Positions 1 to 14,620 of a stretch of 64,000 nt of DNA are shown here, one piece after another. The translations under genes were made by a program, and so were the position numbers. The stretch lies in NCBI RefSeq assembly GCF_009914755.1, contig NC_060930.1; one strand, given 5' to 3'. How positions within the stretch are numbered: the first letter of the stretch is position 1; each line of letters starts with the position of its first letter. The notes beneath the pieces were generated by a model that saw nothing but the letters and a program-made list of their open reading frames with translations, had not been told where the DNA came from and made no database searches. Source of the stretch: the human T2T-CHM13v2.0 reference genome, Homo sapiens.

Positions 1-289
1 CAAAGGTGAGCACCATCATCTGCATGCATGTAAGCACCATACGGTATGATAAGAAAGCATGAGTAAGAATGGGCTGTAAACTTGGTTCTGCAGACACTAT
101 ATTGCACAAGAAACTGGTAAGAGTGGATGCCTCTGAGGTGTTAAATCTTTCATTCACATCCCACTAAAATAATAAAAATTAAATATATTGTTAGTAAGTC
201 TGGAATATTATAAATTTAAAAAAAATATTTTTGAATAAAAGTAATGAAGGCACCAATAAAAACAGAGAAAAATATTAATTTACAGAATT

Positions 290-500
290 ATGCCATGATC
301 AAAAACTCAGTGAAATTTCTACCACAATTTCATGTCAGTCTTCAAATAACTTGGCAAGGTAATCCTAACTTCCTAATAATGTATGAGAGTGAGGAAGAGT
401 CAAGATGATTCTGAAGAAAAATAAGAGGGGGAAGTTAACCTACCAAATACTACGTATGTACTGTAGGTAGGCTATAGTAAATTAAACATTATTAACTAAA
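290..500 (+). mobile_element. Ancient L1M ORF2 fragment
   Basis: ctgaagaaaaataagagggggaagttaacctaccaaat...ggctatagtaaattaaaca resembles the L1 ORF2 [23 protein letters not shown]-encoding segment; heavily diverged. Confidence 0.5.
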
Positions 501-599
501 ATCAAGTCATGGAAATGAAAAGAAACATAAATCCAACTCATTAGTATTTTTGGATCTTGGGGTTTAACAGTTGAAGTCTGGATATGTCTGATTGCATCC

Positions 600-1322
600 T
601 TTAAGGGGAAGTTACATGTGTTTCTCAGTTCTATGTATTTGACAGCTAGATACAAAGACTTGATGGAACTCAAGTGTTTGTATGTTTCTTCATTAGAAGA
701 CATTTATATATCTATTTTTGTTGCTTTTGGAGAAAAGTAGCAAAAATGCTGATGTTGTTCAATGCCTGTTTATTCATTGCAGAGGTGGGTACAAAATGGC
801 AATATTCTAACTGCATCATTTTGTTTTCATTTATTGGTTAGGATAATTTTATCATATGCTGCTTGTATCTATTATTTCTACAAGGTTTCATTTATGTAGG
901 AAAGGTAGAATAAATGCTCAATTCTATCCTGTAATTTTCTTATTTTTCAATTTCTCTCTCACCTCTGAAAATCGCCAATTAAAATGTATAAGCTCAGAGA
1001 TTTAAACATATTTTTTCGCCTTTACTCTACATGATTGCAATTCTTATGCATATTGAAGTACAAAATGCCAATTCGCAGGCCAGTGAGAACCCCTTCAAGT
1101 TGACTGTGGTGTCCTTTTCATAAAACCCTCATTGACTTTAAGAGCTTGATATCTCTATCTAGCATGTCAAGACGTTTCAGGCTTACCTTGAACATTTTCC
1201 CCAAAATACCTTATATTTTGGTACTAAATTATATTGCCTAACCACAATTTTGGCACTATGAACGTTCATTGCCATTGTTGCTAATTGGTTCTAGGATTTT
1301 TAGTGGACAAATCTGGGGATAA

Positions 1323-1369
<47 letters not shown>

Positions 1370-1900
1370 TCACACACATATACACACACACACATATATA
1401 TACTGTCATGTTATCACAGATATATAAAATAATATATATAATCATATCTGTTTATACATAAATGTGTGTGTGTGTGTGTGTGTACACATGCATTTGTCAT
1501 GATGTTTAGGGTGATTTCAAATTCAGGACTATGCGGTTTACTTAATCCCCTCTACAATATATCTCTATTGCCTTCTTTCATACAAATTTCCAAAGAAAAT
1601 TTCCCAGCATTTTCAATGATAAAGGGAATAATAAAGAATACAACATTCTTGATTATTCATTTGCTTAATCACACTTTATGATACAATTTATAATATAACA
1701 TTCTTGAAATAATAATACAATGTTAATACTATCACCACCTATTACTGCTCTTATATTGATGTCTCTCTAGTTATTTTGGTTGTCTAAAGTTTTGTCTCTA
1801 GTATATTTTTAGAATGAGCTTATGGGGCAATATTGCCTGAGAATAGTCAGGGAAAATGTTTGATAATAGTTTGTGTCATTAATAACTGAAACTTTAGTTT
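600..1900 (-). mobile_element. L1MC4/L1MC5-like 3' UTR fragment
   Basis: ggccagtgagaaccccttcaagttgactgtggtgtcctttt...caagacgtttcaggcttaccttg...tttttagtggacaaatctgggg matches the recalled antisense L1MC 3' UTR; boundaries approximate. Confidence 0.6.
1324..1487. repeat. Compound (TA)n/(CA)n/(TG)n microsatellite
   Basis: Direct reading: TA run ~1328-1358, mixed CA/TA to ~1402, TG run ~1463-1483. Confidence 0.95.
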
Positions 1901-4900
1901 AATTGCTGAATATAGATGGTAAATATATAAAAAAGATAAAATGAATTGTAATTAAACAATATTATCTTTATGATATGTAATAGGCATTTACATTGTCTAT
2001 TCTATTTTGTATTTGTTTAAAACTTGTGAAGTGAACTAAACTGATCTCACTATCCGTGAGTAGGTTAGATTCTAAAGAACACCATATCTAGAAGTTACAT
2101 GTAATGGGATGACTTTCTGGAACCATAAAATTAAACATACCAGAGCAACAAATACTGGTATCTTTTATATAATCAATCTACTCTTCTCCTATCGTCCTCT
2201 TCCACTTCCTCTTCCCTATTTCCATTGCCTTTCTTACATTTCTCCTGCCACTCCCTCCCAGGTACTCACCGCTACCCTGCGTTCCTGCATAGACTTCCAT
2301 CAGAGAGAACATGTTAGGAAAGTTAAATTGCAGTAAGCACATCACAGCAATGACGAGGACAGGTACTTTTCTGGGAAACACTGGAAGACAGCTGGAGAGG
2401 ATTCTGCTGCTGTGAAAGCACCTAAAGCCTCCTTGACTCAGCCTCACATCCTATCTTCAAGAAAACATCATATGGTTATTATATAAACCTCTTACGGGAT
2501 TTCTAAGGTTAATTTCAATATATAAATGGCTACTCAACAGAATCAAGGTAATTAGAGTTTGCTTATATTCAAAAAGAGTTGCAAAATGTCTCCTAGAAAA
2601 CAGAATTAACTATAAGAACCTGAAATTTGCATTTCATAACTTTAAGGAGTTTAAATTATCAAGATTAATATTGCACTAAAAAGTTTGTGCATTCATGCGT
2701 GATCGAATATGAAAACACATGACCTGTGAACTGAGCAAAAGGTATGCTTTCCGAAGCATATACTCTGTGTGATTAGGTCACTGATGCCATTGAAATATGT
2801 AGATTTAATGTTAAAGCTACTGGTTCTCTGAGTGTTTTCATGATCTCACCAGATTTTTTTTTTGTACCATTCACTCTTTTCTATTTAAAAGACTTTCAGT
2901 CGTAGTCTAAAAAAAATTCCAAACACTTTAGTTCTGGAATTTCACTTATTCTCTACAAGTTATTATTACTACAATTTAGTACAAACTCTCATTTTCATAG
3001 CTTACTATTCCAACTTCTCCTAGTATGTAACCCTTATGCTCTATAACTGAAAACATTCTGGTAAAAGGAATCAGCATGCTAATACTATTTTAAACACACA
3101 TCCTCATTCTCTTTCCTATTATTCATAAAACTAGAAAAATAAAAAAACACTTTTCTTCCAGCAGTGGATAGAAGAAAAAGAAATTCAAATTTACAATTTA
3201 ATTGTCATGGGTCACTCACTTGCAGTGACTTGCTCTAGTTGCTTCTGTTGTTTTAATGCTAAGGTAAGATGATGAAGATCTGTTTTGAGTAAAGTAAGCT
3301 CCAAATATGAGCTTTGCACTACTACCATTCTTAATTTGTGGATCATATCAATGTTAGGAGTTGAAGGTTTAATTTGCATTTATTTAAATAAATTATCCCT
3401 AGACTATAACTTATTTTCCAAATGTCTCATTCTTTCTCTCATGTTTATCTTTTTTCTTGACATTCATTTCTTATACATGCATTCATCAATATTAGCCATT
3501 CTATGTGGATATACTAATTCATATTTACTTCAATCCATTAATATTTGCATTCTAATAAAATTCATTGCTTCTCTACAATAGATAGTTCAAGCAGAACTTA
3601 TAGTTTTGGTCATTAATTTCTAGCTACAGATTGCAGAAGAGAAGCAGCACATAATAAAGTATATCCTAGTCATGTTTGCATATAAATACATACTAAATTG
3701 CACAGAATAATTGTTACCCTCCTACAAAAGCCCAAAATAAATTAAAGATATAAAATCACTGATATAATTCAGTTTTGTATCTCAATCACAATCCAGTTTC
3801 TTTCTTTTTCTGATCTTATAGCCTGGGGGTTCTCAAAAGAAAACGTTTTAGAATAAAATTTTATTTTCTATAAACCTAAGGATATAGTGCACATTCATTG
3901 ATAGAACAGGCATCAACTTCTGTTTCTCTGATCTCATTTCACTAGGGCTTACATTTTCAGCCATATCACTAGGCAGAACTGTGAAAGCAATTCTGTATTA
4001 ATGTTCAAAGATGCATTTTTTTTATTAGAAAAGAAACACATGTTTTATACTTAGCCCTATATCCTGTATCTTCCCCTCCCTTCCTCTTTTGGTTTTTCTT
4101 GTCCTACAATAAAAAGCACTAGAATATCCACTGGATGTATTGTTTATAAATTAAGTAACATATTGTTCATATAATAAAACGATTCTCTTCCCCACATGAT
4201 TTCATCACCACTGTCTCTTCCTAAGTGTGACAATGTCTTCTGCTTACTTCAACATTAAATATTTTATATTTACTTCTAGATTAATAAACTGTAGACCCTA
4301 CCAATTGTCTCTATAGAAGATTACTAGTTTGCTCATTTATGTAATACTCATATTCCCCTTTCATGTACCTTCCTTAAATTTTAATAGTTGCATTTATCCT
4401 TCCAAGTAGCATTCATACTTTAAATATAAATACATCTTCATCACTTGTTCCCTCATTTACACAATACTTCCTAATTATTTACTACATAAGAGAGTGGTCT
4501 TATAACTATATTTTTCTCTATATCTCTTGTATCAACTTTCAAACTGGAATTTTTGACAGATACCACTTCTATATATAGGTGTACAGTTCCTGCTAATGCT
4601 GAGAGACAAAAAAGAGAACAGAAAGGACCACTCTTGCTGAGACAAAAAAGAGAACTGGGAGGACAACTCCTGCAGGCATGTGGACATTCATAGAAAATAC
4701 AGCCTTCACCATCTAAGACTTGGGACAGGAAAGCAGAGCAGAAAAAGATAAACATAAAATGAAAGGGCCAGATGGGAGAATAAACTGTGTAGAAAAGCTG
4801 ACAGGTTCTAAAGCACTGTGATATCTCCTACTGTTTATAAAACAGGCATATGGACTTTAAACCAGGAGCAAATCTCTGGAACATCTCTGGTTATCAGATT

Positions 4901-5543
4901 TCAAATTTTGATAAAAAGAAGACTCTGATTCCATTCTCAAATAATTTCAAGACAGTAGTGAACTAAATTTTAGACAACAAAAATGCATATTCACCTTCTA
5001 CAGAGATAACTGTCTCAGAAATACTTGCTCAATACTAGAAGCCTGACAAAAAGAAAAGCACATATTTTGAGGGTATACATATCATTTAATATAGTTTCTA
5101 CTATTTTCTGCACAAAATCTGGGATAACCTTTAAAAAATGCAGTAAAAACAAGCAAGAAAATATAACCAACTGTCAAGAGAGAAAACATTTAATAGAAAA
5201 CAAGCAAGGATGGCCAAGATGTTGGTTTTTATCAGGCTTATAAATAAAAATATGTATGAAAAAGTCAAAAGATATATATATGTGTGTGTGTGTGTGTATT
5301 TGAAGAATCTCAACAAAGATGGAAAATATGAAAAAAATTCAAATAGAAATTTTATACCTGGAAAATGTAGTATTAGAAATAAATAGCCACAGCAGAGAAA
5401 CTTGAAGAAAAGACAAGAGAAATTATTCAAACTGAATTAAAAATTAGAAACATACAGTGATCTGTAGGACTATGCCAAATGTTCTGACAGATGCATAATT
5501 GAAATTCACAAAAGAGGAGAAATCAAAAGTATGTAAAAAATCA

Positions 5544-5647
5544 AAGCCTGTTGTTGTGGCATGTGCTTCTCAGGAGGCTGAGCCAGGAGCATTACTGGAG
5601 CCCAGGAGTTTGAGACCAGCCTAGGAAACATAATGAGACTCTGTCTC

Positions 5648-5676
<29 letters not shown>
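5544..5676 (+). mobile_element. FLAM-type Alu monomer with A tail
   Basis: caggaggctgag...gagcccaggagtttgagaccagcctaggaaacataatgagactctgtctc followed by a long A run; single arm only. Confidence 0.85.
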
Positions 5677-5679
<3 letters not shown>

Positions 5680-7289
5680 AGAGTGAGAGAGAGATAATAT
5701 TTAAATTTTTCTAAGTGAAAGACATACTGTAACTACCAGAAACATAAAACCCAGTGAACTTCAGAAAGTATAAGTAGAAAGAAAAACACACTTAAATGTA
5801 TAGCAGACAAACTGGTAAAAACCAAGGATAAAGAATGGATCTTAAAAAGTCACCACAGAGTAAAGGACATTGCTTCAGATCAATGGAGGTCAGAAGACAA
5901 TAGAACACATTTTTAAGGGGCTGCAAAAATATTGCCATGTGGAATCATCCCATGTTCAGTAAAATATGTGTTCTCCAAATGAAGGCAAATTAAAGTCTTT
6001 TTGATGAACAAAAGACATGAGAATTTTTATCCAATCGATTTGAATATCAAGAAATATTTTTTAAAATGTTTTTTGATGATAAAAAATTGAAGCATATCAT
6101 AAGAAAGACAAGTCTTCAGGAGTGAATGAAGAAACCAGAAAGGATAAATATAAAAATAAAACTTCAAAGTTCAACTACTAAAATTTTCATAACATAGCAT
6201 TGACTGTGTGAAGTAAAATTATCAGTGTTGCACAATTGATACTATATGCAGATGTGAATTATGTGTTATTAGACCAAAAAAGCAGAAGGACGATAAGAAA
6301 ACCATATTACATCAGGTTCTTACATTACTAAAATATGCTTTTCAACAAAGATAGTAATAGGATGAAAATGGACATTATAATCTCTAAAGTAACTCACAAA
6401 AATTAATAATACAAGGAAGCATAATAAAACATAAAAAATAAATAGAAGATAAAAGTACATGATTTACTAAAAAAGAAGGCACAAAAGTGGGAACAAAGAA
6501 AAGAACAAATTAATCAAAGAGAAAATAAACGCCAATGTGTTAGACTTAACAATAGTTGCATAAAAAATTAAAATGCAGAGATTGTCAGACTGAATAAGAA
6601 TGTGAAGCTCAACAGCACACTGTTTGCAAGAAAAAATTTTAAATATAAATAAGAGATTTTTAAAAAGGGATAAAAAATGCATACCAAATTAAATATACAC
6701 ATAAGAAAGCTTGTATCTATATTGGTGTCAGACAAATTGAATTGTAAGACAACAGTAATACCAAAAACAAAAGGGACATTTCATAGTTATGTAATAGTTT
6801 ATCAAGATGCTGCAGCAAACGAAGTCATAACATGAAAATTTGTGATGTATATTAGAAAACAGAAAGGTAGAACATCAATGATATTTCCACATGAAAATGT
6901 TAGAAAGCAAATAACAAATTATAATCAACATAAGTAGAAGACAGAAAATGTAGAAATAAAAACAAAAAAATTAAAACAGTAGATGAACAAAGAACAGAGA
7001 ATATCAACATTTTAAAAATTAAGTTTTGAAAATATTAATGAAATTGATAAATAAATAAGAATAATCAAGGAAAAATAGAAAACATAAATTATCAATATCA
7101 AGAATAACAAAGGAGACTTCACTACAGAATCTGTAGATATTAAATAGACGCTAGCAGTATAAAGTTGACGACTTTACGCTAGCAAATTTTACAATGTACA
7201 TAAAATAAAATAATTATTTAAAATCACAACCTGCAAATAATGACAACAAAAGGAGTTGAAAACCTAAAAATTTCTAAACCTATTAAGCA

Positions 7290-8808
7290 CAGTCATGCAC
7301 CACATTAACACCCTTTTGACCAATAATGGACCATGTACATGACAGTGGTCCCACAAGACTATGATGGATCTGAAAAATTTCTATTGTTTAGGGATATTGT
7401 AGCCATCATAATATCATAGGGCAATGTATTGCTCACGTTTGTGGTGGTGTTGGTGTAAACAAGCATACTGTGCCACCAGTCATATGAAAGTATAGCACAT
7501 ACAATTATGTACACTATATTTTATAAAGATAAGAAATGATGTTACTGGTTTACACACTTACTATACTATACTTTTTATTGTTTTTTTAGTGTACTACTCT
7601 ACTTACATTTTAAAAAATTTTAACTGTAAAATAGCCTGAGGTAGGTCCTTCAGGAGGTATTCCGGAAGAAGGCATTATTATTATAGGAGATGACAGCTCC
7701 ATACATGTTTTGCCCTTGAAGACCGTTTAGTGGGACAAGATGTGGAGGTAAATCAGTGATATGGATGATCGTAGCCCTGTTTGAGCCTACCCTGATGTGT
7801 ATGCTTGTGTCTTGGTTTTTATTGTTTTATTTTTATTTTTATGTTTTTTCAGACAGGGTCTCACTCTGTCACCCAGGGCCTAAAGTGCAGTGGCATGATC
7901 AGCTTGGACCTCCTGGGCTCAAGCGATCATCCTATCTCAGGTGGGAACACAGGTGCACGCCACCACAACTGGCTTTTTTTTTTTTTTTTTTTTTTTTTAA
8001 CGTTTGTAGAGAGGAGGTTTAACTATGCTGCCCAGGCTGGTCTTGAAGTCTTGGGCTAAAGTGATCCTCCTACCTCGGCCTCCCAAAGTGCAAGGATTAA
8101 GCCACTGCACTCAGCTGTATATTGATTAACGAGAAAAGTTTAAAAGGTAAAAATAAAATAAAAAATAAAAGTTTTAAAAATATAAAAAAATGTATAAAAT
8201 AAGGAGATAGAGAAAGAAAATATTTTTCTACAAGTGTACAATGTATTTGTGCTTTAAACTAAGTGTTATTGCAAGACTCAAAAAGTTAAAAAATTATTAA
8301 GTTTACAAAATAAAAAAGTTTCAACAAGCTAAGGTTAATATTGCTAGAAAGAAATTTAATAAATTTATGATAGCCTAAGTATACAGCATTTATAAAGTCT
8401 ACAGTAGTGTACACTAATGTCCTACCCCTTCACATTCACTTACCACTCACTCACTGACTCATCAAGAGTAACTTCCAGTGTTGCGAACTCCATTTATCAT
8501 AAGTGCCCCCAGCAGGTGTATAACATTTTTAATCTTTTATGCCATATGTTTACTGTACTCTTTGTATGTTTAGATGTGTTTAGATATACAAATACCATTG
8601 TGTTACAATTGCCTACATTATTCAGGACATTGGCATACTGTACAGGTTTGTAGCCTAGGAGCACTAGGCTATACCAGATAGCCTAGGTACACAGTAGAGT
8701 ATACCATGGAGATTTGTGTAAGTACACTCCTTGATGTTGGAATGATAAAATTTTACCTAACAATATACCTCTCAGAATGTATTTCCATTGTTAAGCAACG
8801 CATGACTG
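7290..8808 (+). mobile_element. Tigger3b (MER7B/Golem family) non-autonomous DNA transposon
   Basis: Terminal inverted repeats (TIRs) cagtcatgcac... (7290) and ...gcatgactg (8808) followed by TA; internal gcctgaggtaggtccttcaggaggtattcc typical of Tigger3; the L1 ORF2 resumes after it. Confidence 0.9.
7817..8116 (-). mobile_element. AluJ-like element inside Tigger3b
   Basis: agacagggtctcactctgtcacccagg...ctgggctcaagcgatc...cctcggcctcccaaagtg; J-type features. Confidence 0.9.
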
Positions 8809-10528
8809 TAATAAAATTAATTATGGAGTCTTTACACACACTGTGCACAAAATCACACACACTTCTACATACTCAAGGCCCAGATACCCTCAATGGTGAA
8901 TTATTTCAAGCCATTTACTGAATAAATAATGTCAATATTACACAAACACTTAACAAAAACAGGGTGAACACTCCATTCTCCCATACTCAATTCAGGAGAC
9001 CAGCATGAACCTGATATGAAACTTGAAAAACATATAACCCCCTTCTCCAAAGTACTAACATACCTATAAACGTAAATGCAAGTGTATTTAAGAAGTACTT
9101 GTAAATTGAATCCAGTAGTATGTTGAGGAATAGTGTCTCATGACAAAGTATATTTAACTTCATCAAAGCTTAAAAAACACTAAAAAGGCATTAAGAAAAT
9201 AAATAAAAAAGCCACAGTAGGATAATATATTTGCAATACGTAGAACTAACGTCTTTTAGTGCTAAAACTTAGATATTTAAATCTATTTGCTTCTCTCTCC
9301 ATCTATCTATCATCTTCTGCAGCTCAATAATAAAAAGACAAGCAATAATACAGAGCTATGAGCAAAACCCTTGTATAGACATTTCACAAAGAAAGACATA
9401 AAAATGGCCAATAAGCATGTGAAAAGATGATCAAAATTATCAGTTATCAGGTAAATGAAAATAACAACGACAATATATTACTAATTGTCTTACAAACCAA
9501 AATGGCTTAAGAGCATCTGACAACAGCAAATGTCAAGGTTGTGAGGCAACAAAAACTATCATATATAGTTGGTGGGAGAGCAAAATCATATCAACATTTG
9601 GAAAATTTTTTGGTGTTTTTTTTTTAATTAAGCACATATATACCATTAAGACACAAAAGATTTCAGCCCTAGGTATTTACCTAAAATAAATAAAAATCTA
9701 TATTCATAAGGAAAAATGTGGATAATAAATGTTCACAGAAACTTTATTCATTATAACTTAAAAGTGAAAAGTACCCAAATACCCATTAACAGGTGAATGC
9801 ATAATAAATTGTATATTCATACATTGGAATACTATTAGAAATAAAAAGGAATCAGCTAATAATACCACACATGTCTAAATCTCAAAAACATTTTACTAAA
9901 AATCACAAAAAGGTATATATAGTGTGACATTTTAAAAATAAAGCTCTATGGTGAATAAAAAAATTGATAGATTTTTATCAAAGATGGTAGAAATCAGAGC
10001 AGCAGTCGCCTAGGGTTGGGGCACAGCTCAAGAGTTGCTGGGAAGGTACACCAGAGAACTATCTAGGGCAATTAAAATGTCCTACATCATGATAGGGATG
10101 TGGGTTACATGCATACATATGTACATTTTCAAAACTCATATAACTTACACTTAAGATCTGTACATACACCGTATATAAATTATGCCTCAATAAAAGGGAA
10201 ATAAATGATTTGTTTGTGATTGTATAAATATTGGTAAACAACATTTTGCATATTGTTTGCATATACTACAGAATAATTTGCATACTTCATTCTACTGGGT
10301 TGATATGGGTTGGTATGACCTTTCTAGAATAATAATTTTAGCAAAAAGGAGATACATTTATTCTTTTCTATTAAGTTAGTTGATCAAAATAAGAACAGAT
10401 TTTGGTTTGCTTCATATTTGAATCAGAAATGCATAATTTATTCATGGAACCACAACATTTTTCTATATTTTAGTCTTTCATGTTTTGCTAAGTAATGAAA
10501 CTCTCCTGTTCTTTGTAACCTTCTTTTC

Positions 10529-10875
<347 letters not shown>

Positions 10876-11049
10876 TTAACTGTCCTAAGTTGGGCTGACC
10901 ACTTCCAAAGCCAGCTGCACAGTGATCATTCTAAAACACTTTCACACTTAACTGCGTTGCATGCTCTCACTTTACTAATATGTTCTCTTGGAAGCTGCTT
11001 TAGTTACGTACATGTGCATTGGACATAAATTTATTGAGTTTTTTTTAGA

Positions 11050-11650
11050 GTCCAGCGTTAATAATAATCTGAAGCTATTTCTTTCTAAGTCACCCATGTT
11101 TTGTCTACCACCACCCTCCTCCTGATTTGAATAATTTTAGTTTTTCCTTATTTTCTTGTGCATTCAAAAAATTTACATCAGATCTGGGTGTGAATTTTAA
11201 AATATATATTCTATATGTCATTTGGCAGGCCCTTTGATCTAGACTTGTGTCTTTCTTACGCATGAATGATTCATTTCTTCTCCTCCATCTCCCTTCCTCT
11301 CTCCCTCTCCCTCTGGCTCTCATTTTCTTTCTTTCTTTTTTTTTTTTCTGATGAATTTGTTCTTCAGTTATCCTTGCCTAGAACATCATAGTAAGGTGTC
11401 ACTTCTAGATCAATCATCTTTCTTGTTTATATTTTTTCACACTGTCTAGCCTATGCTCTATATTATAAGAGATTTTCACCCTGAATACTCATAAAACTGT
11501 ATCTTCTGGCTTCCTCCTGGTCCATTACTTTATTTTTTATTTGCTTTGTTCTTTCATACTAAATTTCCTTATATATCTGTTGTTTCTTAAGGCTTTTTTC
11601 ATACTTAAGGAGGCTCCCTCGCTTTTTCTCAGTTCAGGTTAAGAGTCCTC
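11050..11650 (-). mobile_element. Ancient L1 ORF1/HAL1-like fragment
   Basis: ORF 11105-11323(-) peptide DQRACQM...FTPRSDVNFLNAQENKEKLKL resembles L1 ORF1p IERAHR...TPRHIIVKF...KEKILK. Confidence 0.5.
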
Positions 11651-11774
11651 TGCTATTGCTCTGCTTTGCTAAGGGGTTTCTACCTTAAAGGAAATAGTGA
11701 CTGGAATTCTGAATAAAATTGACATGTTTTCCAGGCTTGCTGCATTATACACTTTGTTTAAACATCAGAGTGTG

Positions 11775-12114
<340 letters not shown>

Positions 12115-12709
12115 TCAAAATAAGGTGAGCCACATTCTGATTAACTGACTTGTTTTTAAAAAGGACCCCAAGTAATTTTGGTTTTCTTTCCTTTTTGGTT
12201 ATAAGTACCGGACTGCTTGGCTCTCTTGGTGAAGGGTTGAGAAGAAACTGAAGAAACCTCTCTGGAGATAAACTTTCAATTACTTCATTTCATTTCTCAT
12301 ACTCAGTACCTAGCTCTTAACCTGTTCTCTATACTGATTTTCATAGGGAAGATCACCACCGAATAATAATGCAGCCCTCTCCTGTTCACAATGCAGGCTA
12401 TAGTAATCTCTGTTTTATCTTTCTGTAGATCTGTTTTCCACTATTTTTCACTTCAAAAAATTGTTAACATATAGGTCTATTGATTCACTACACCATCACT
12501 CCAATAAGGTATGTTGAGAGTAACATGTGTGCTCAGTCCACAGTTTTAAGAAAAAAATAAAAAGCCTAGCCTACAGGAGTTAATAAACTGTATGATTTCA
12601 TTTACTCTCATCAAAGTTCATGTGACTGCAGCAGTCTTACAACTATAAACAAAACAATTTTTCTATCTAATGAAACTGAATCAAAATTGATTGAAATTAT
12701 GTTGTTGGA

Positions 12710-12865
12710 CAAATTATTTTACTTCTCTAAGCCAATTTTCACATTTTCTAAACTAGATAGAAATCATGGTACTTCACAGAGAGGTTGATAGGATTAGATT
12801 AAATGAGGCTTATAAAGGAACGTAGCATTCTGCCTGGTATTTACTAGCTTTTCAATAAATTTTTA
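12710..12865 (+). mobile_element. MIR fragment
   Basis: acttctctaagcc...tacttcacagagaggttgataggattagattaaatgag...gcattctgcctggta...caataaat. Confidence 0.7.
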
Positions 12866-14191
12866 GCATAAATATTATTAGCCATTTCCTCCCCCATCCC
12901 TTTGCAAGATTCTGTGGGATGCAACACACTTTGAAATGAACACTGCCTTTTCCTTGATGTCTTCCTACCCTAATTTTTGCATGTGAGCCATAGTTCATCC
13001 ATTAATCATATTGTTGTCTATCCCTCATTCCTCTGTTCTAAAGTCAATTATTACTTTAAAAATAGTCTCATCTCGATTTAGTTGGAATTCATTGTTTTGT
13101 ACAGATACTTAGTAAGGATTTACCTAATATTCTATTTCTGGCTTGTTGCTATTCAAAAAGTGAAGTGCAACGTATTAGTATAAAACATTGAACTCTCCAA
13201 ATGTATCACATTTGTCTCATCCTAAATGTATCTAAAACTCCCTGCTACATAATAAGAATGCCTTTCCATGCCATATGCAACACAAAACAGAATAATATTT
13301 TCAATGTTGATTGATTCTCAATGGACAGTAATACTTAAGCTATAACTGAAATCATTCTCCACACCACATTTGGCTGATTTGTTTGTTCCTGAGCATAATT
13401 TATAAGTTAATTCCTTGCTCTACTCTGTTCCTGTAGTATAATCAAGATGCTAATCTGTTGCCAGTAACTGTATCAAATGGTATCTATGCTAGCTTTTGTG
13501 GCTAAAATGGCTTTGATATTTAAAATACAAAGGTTTCCTTTAATCTTTCATAATATGAATTCTGAATTGCTCAAGCTGCTGCCATCTGATAACTTATACA
13601 ATGCTTGAACTAGAAAAGACCCTAGAGATTTTCTAATGAGACTTTACCTTTTAATATAATATATATTTGTTAAACAAAATGTTGAAAATCAAAGAAAAAT
13701 CACTTATAGCCCATCATTGGAGGACTTATAACTTTAAATGAATCAACCGAGAAGAAAATAGACATAATGAAATCTCAGAACAGCTTCTTAGTAATAATTG
13801 ATTTAAAGAGTAACAGAAAAAGTGATTCAACTCACAGTAGATAGAAGTCCATGAATTATCTATTATAAGAATGTAAATGTAGAATACTTTCATGACAAGA
13901 GAAAACAATGATTAAATGCACTAAAAGGCATAAATAACTTACTGAATAGAAAGTGTTGCCACTTAGTTTGTCTTTCCATTCTGGTATAAAGTCACAGTTT
14001 TATGAAATCATGATACTAGCCACTCATGCTTCGTTTTGATTTCAACAAGATTTCACCAAATATTTCCCATTTGAAGTGTGCTATAATTTTTTGTTATAGA
14101 CAAACCTCTTTAATAATGCTAAGCAACATAGACTAATATTTGGAACAATATTTGGTGGTATACTTGTTGTTTTGGTTTTATACCAGGGATA

Positions 14192-14620
14192 GCGTAGCAG
14201 ATTGTATTATAGTTCTCAGGTATAATTTCCATGCCCTGTAGGAGGATTCACCCCAGCTCAGCATCACATCTTATTCATTGCCTTGTGAGGGGAGTGTATT
14301 CTGTCCCATTAATGATAGTCATGGATTTGTGATGTACTTGATAAGTGGTATTTGAGAAAACATGGCATATGTTATAATATGAGCAGAAGCTTAGAAGGCA
14401 CTAAAAATTTCTACCAGTTCTCCTTCTTTTTTCCCTCTGATAAGAAAATAATATGTTCAAAATAGGGCTGCTCCTTTAGCCTGGGTTCTGGGGAAAGGAG
14501 ACATATAGAGCAGATCGAAGTAACTTGTATCTGATTACATACAACATGAACAGGACATAGATGTTTGTTGTTACAAACTAATAAGATTATAAACTAATGG
14601 GCTGTTAGCCATTAGCAATG
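14192..14620 (+). mobile_element. MLT1-type MaLR solo LTR (MLT1I/J-like)
   Basis: gtagcagattgtattatagttctc...gggctgctcctttagcctgggttctgg...tttgttgttacaaactaataagatt pattern of old MLT1 LTRs. Confidence 0.65.

Larger units (their letters stand above)
5000..10196 (+). mobile_element. Old, internally deleted L1M (L1MD/L1ME-like): ORF1, ORF2 and 3' end remnants
   Basis: A-rich ORF1-like sequence 5.1-6.2 kb; endonuclease-like agattgtcagactgaataag (6579); ORF2 motifs at ~7080-7280 and 8870-9130; tggccaataagcatgtgaaaagatga (9404); 3' end aattatgcctcaataaa (~10180-10195). Interrupted by FLAM and Tigger3b. Confidence 0.8.
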
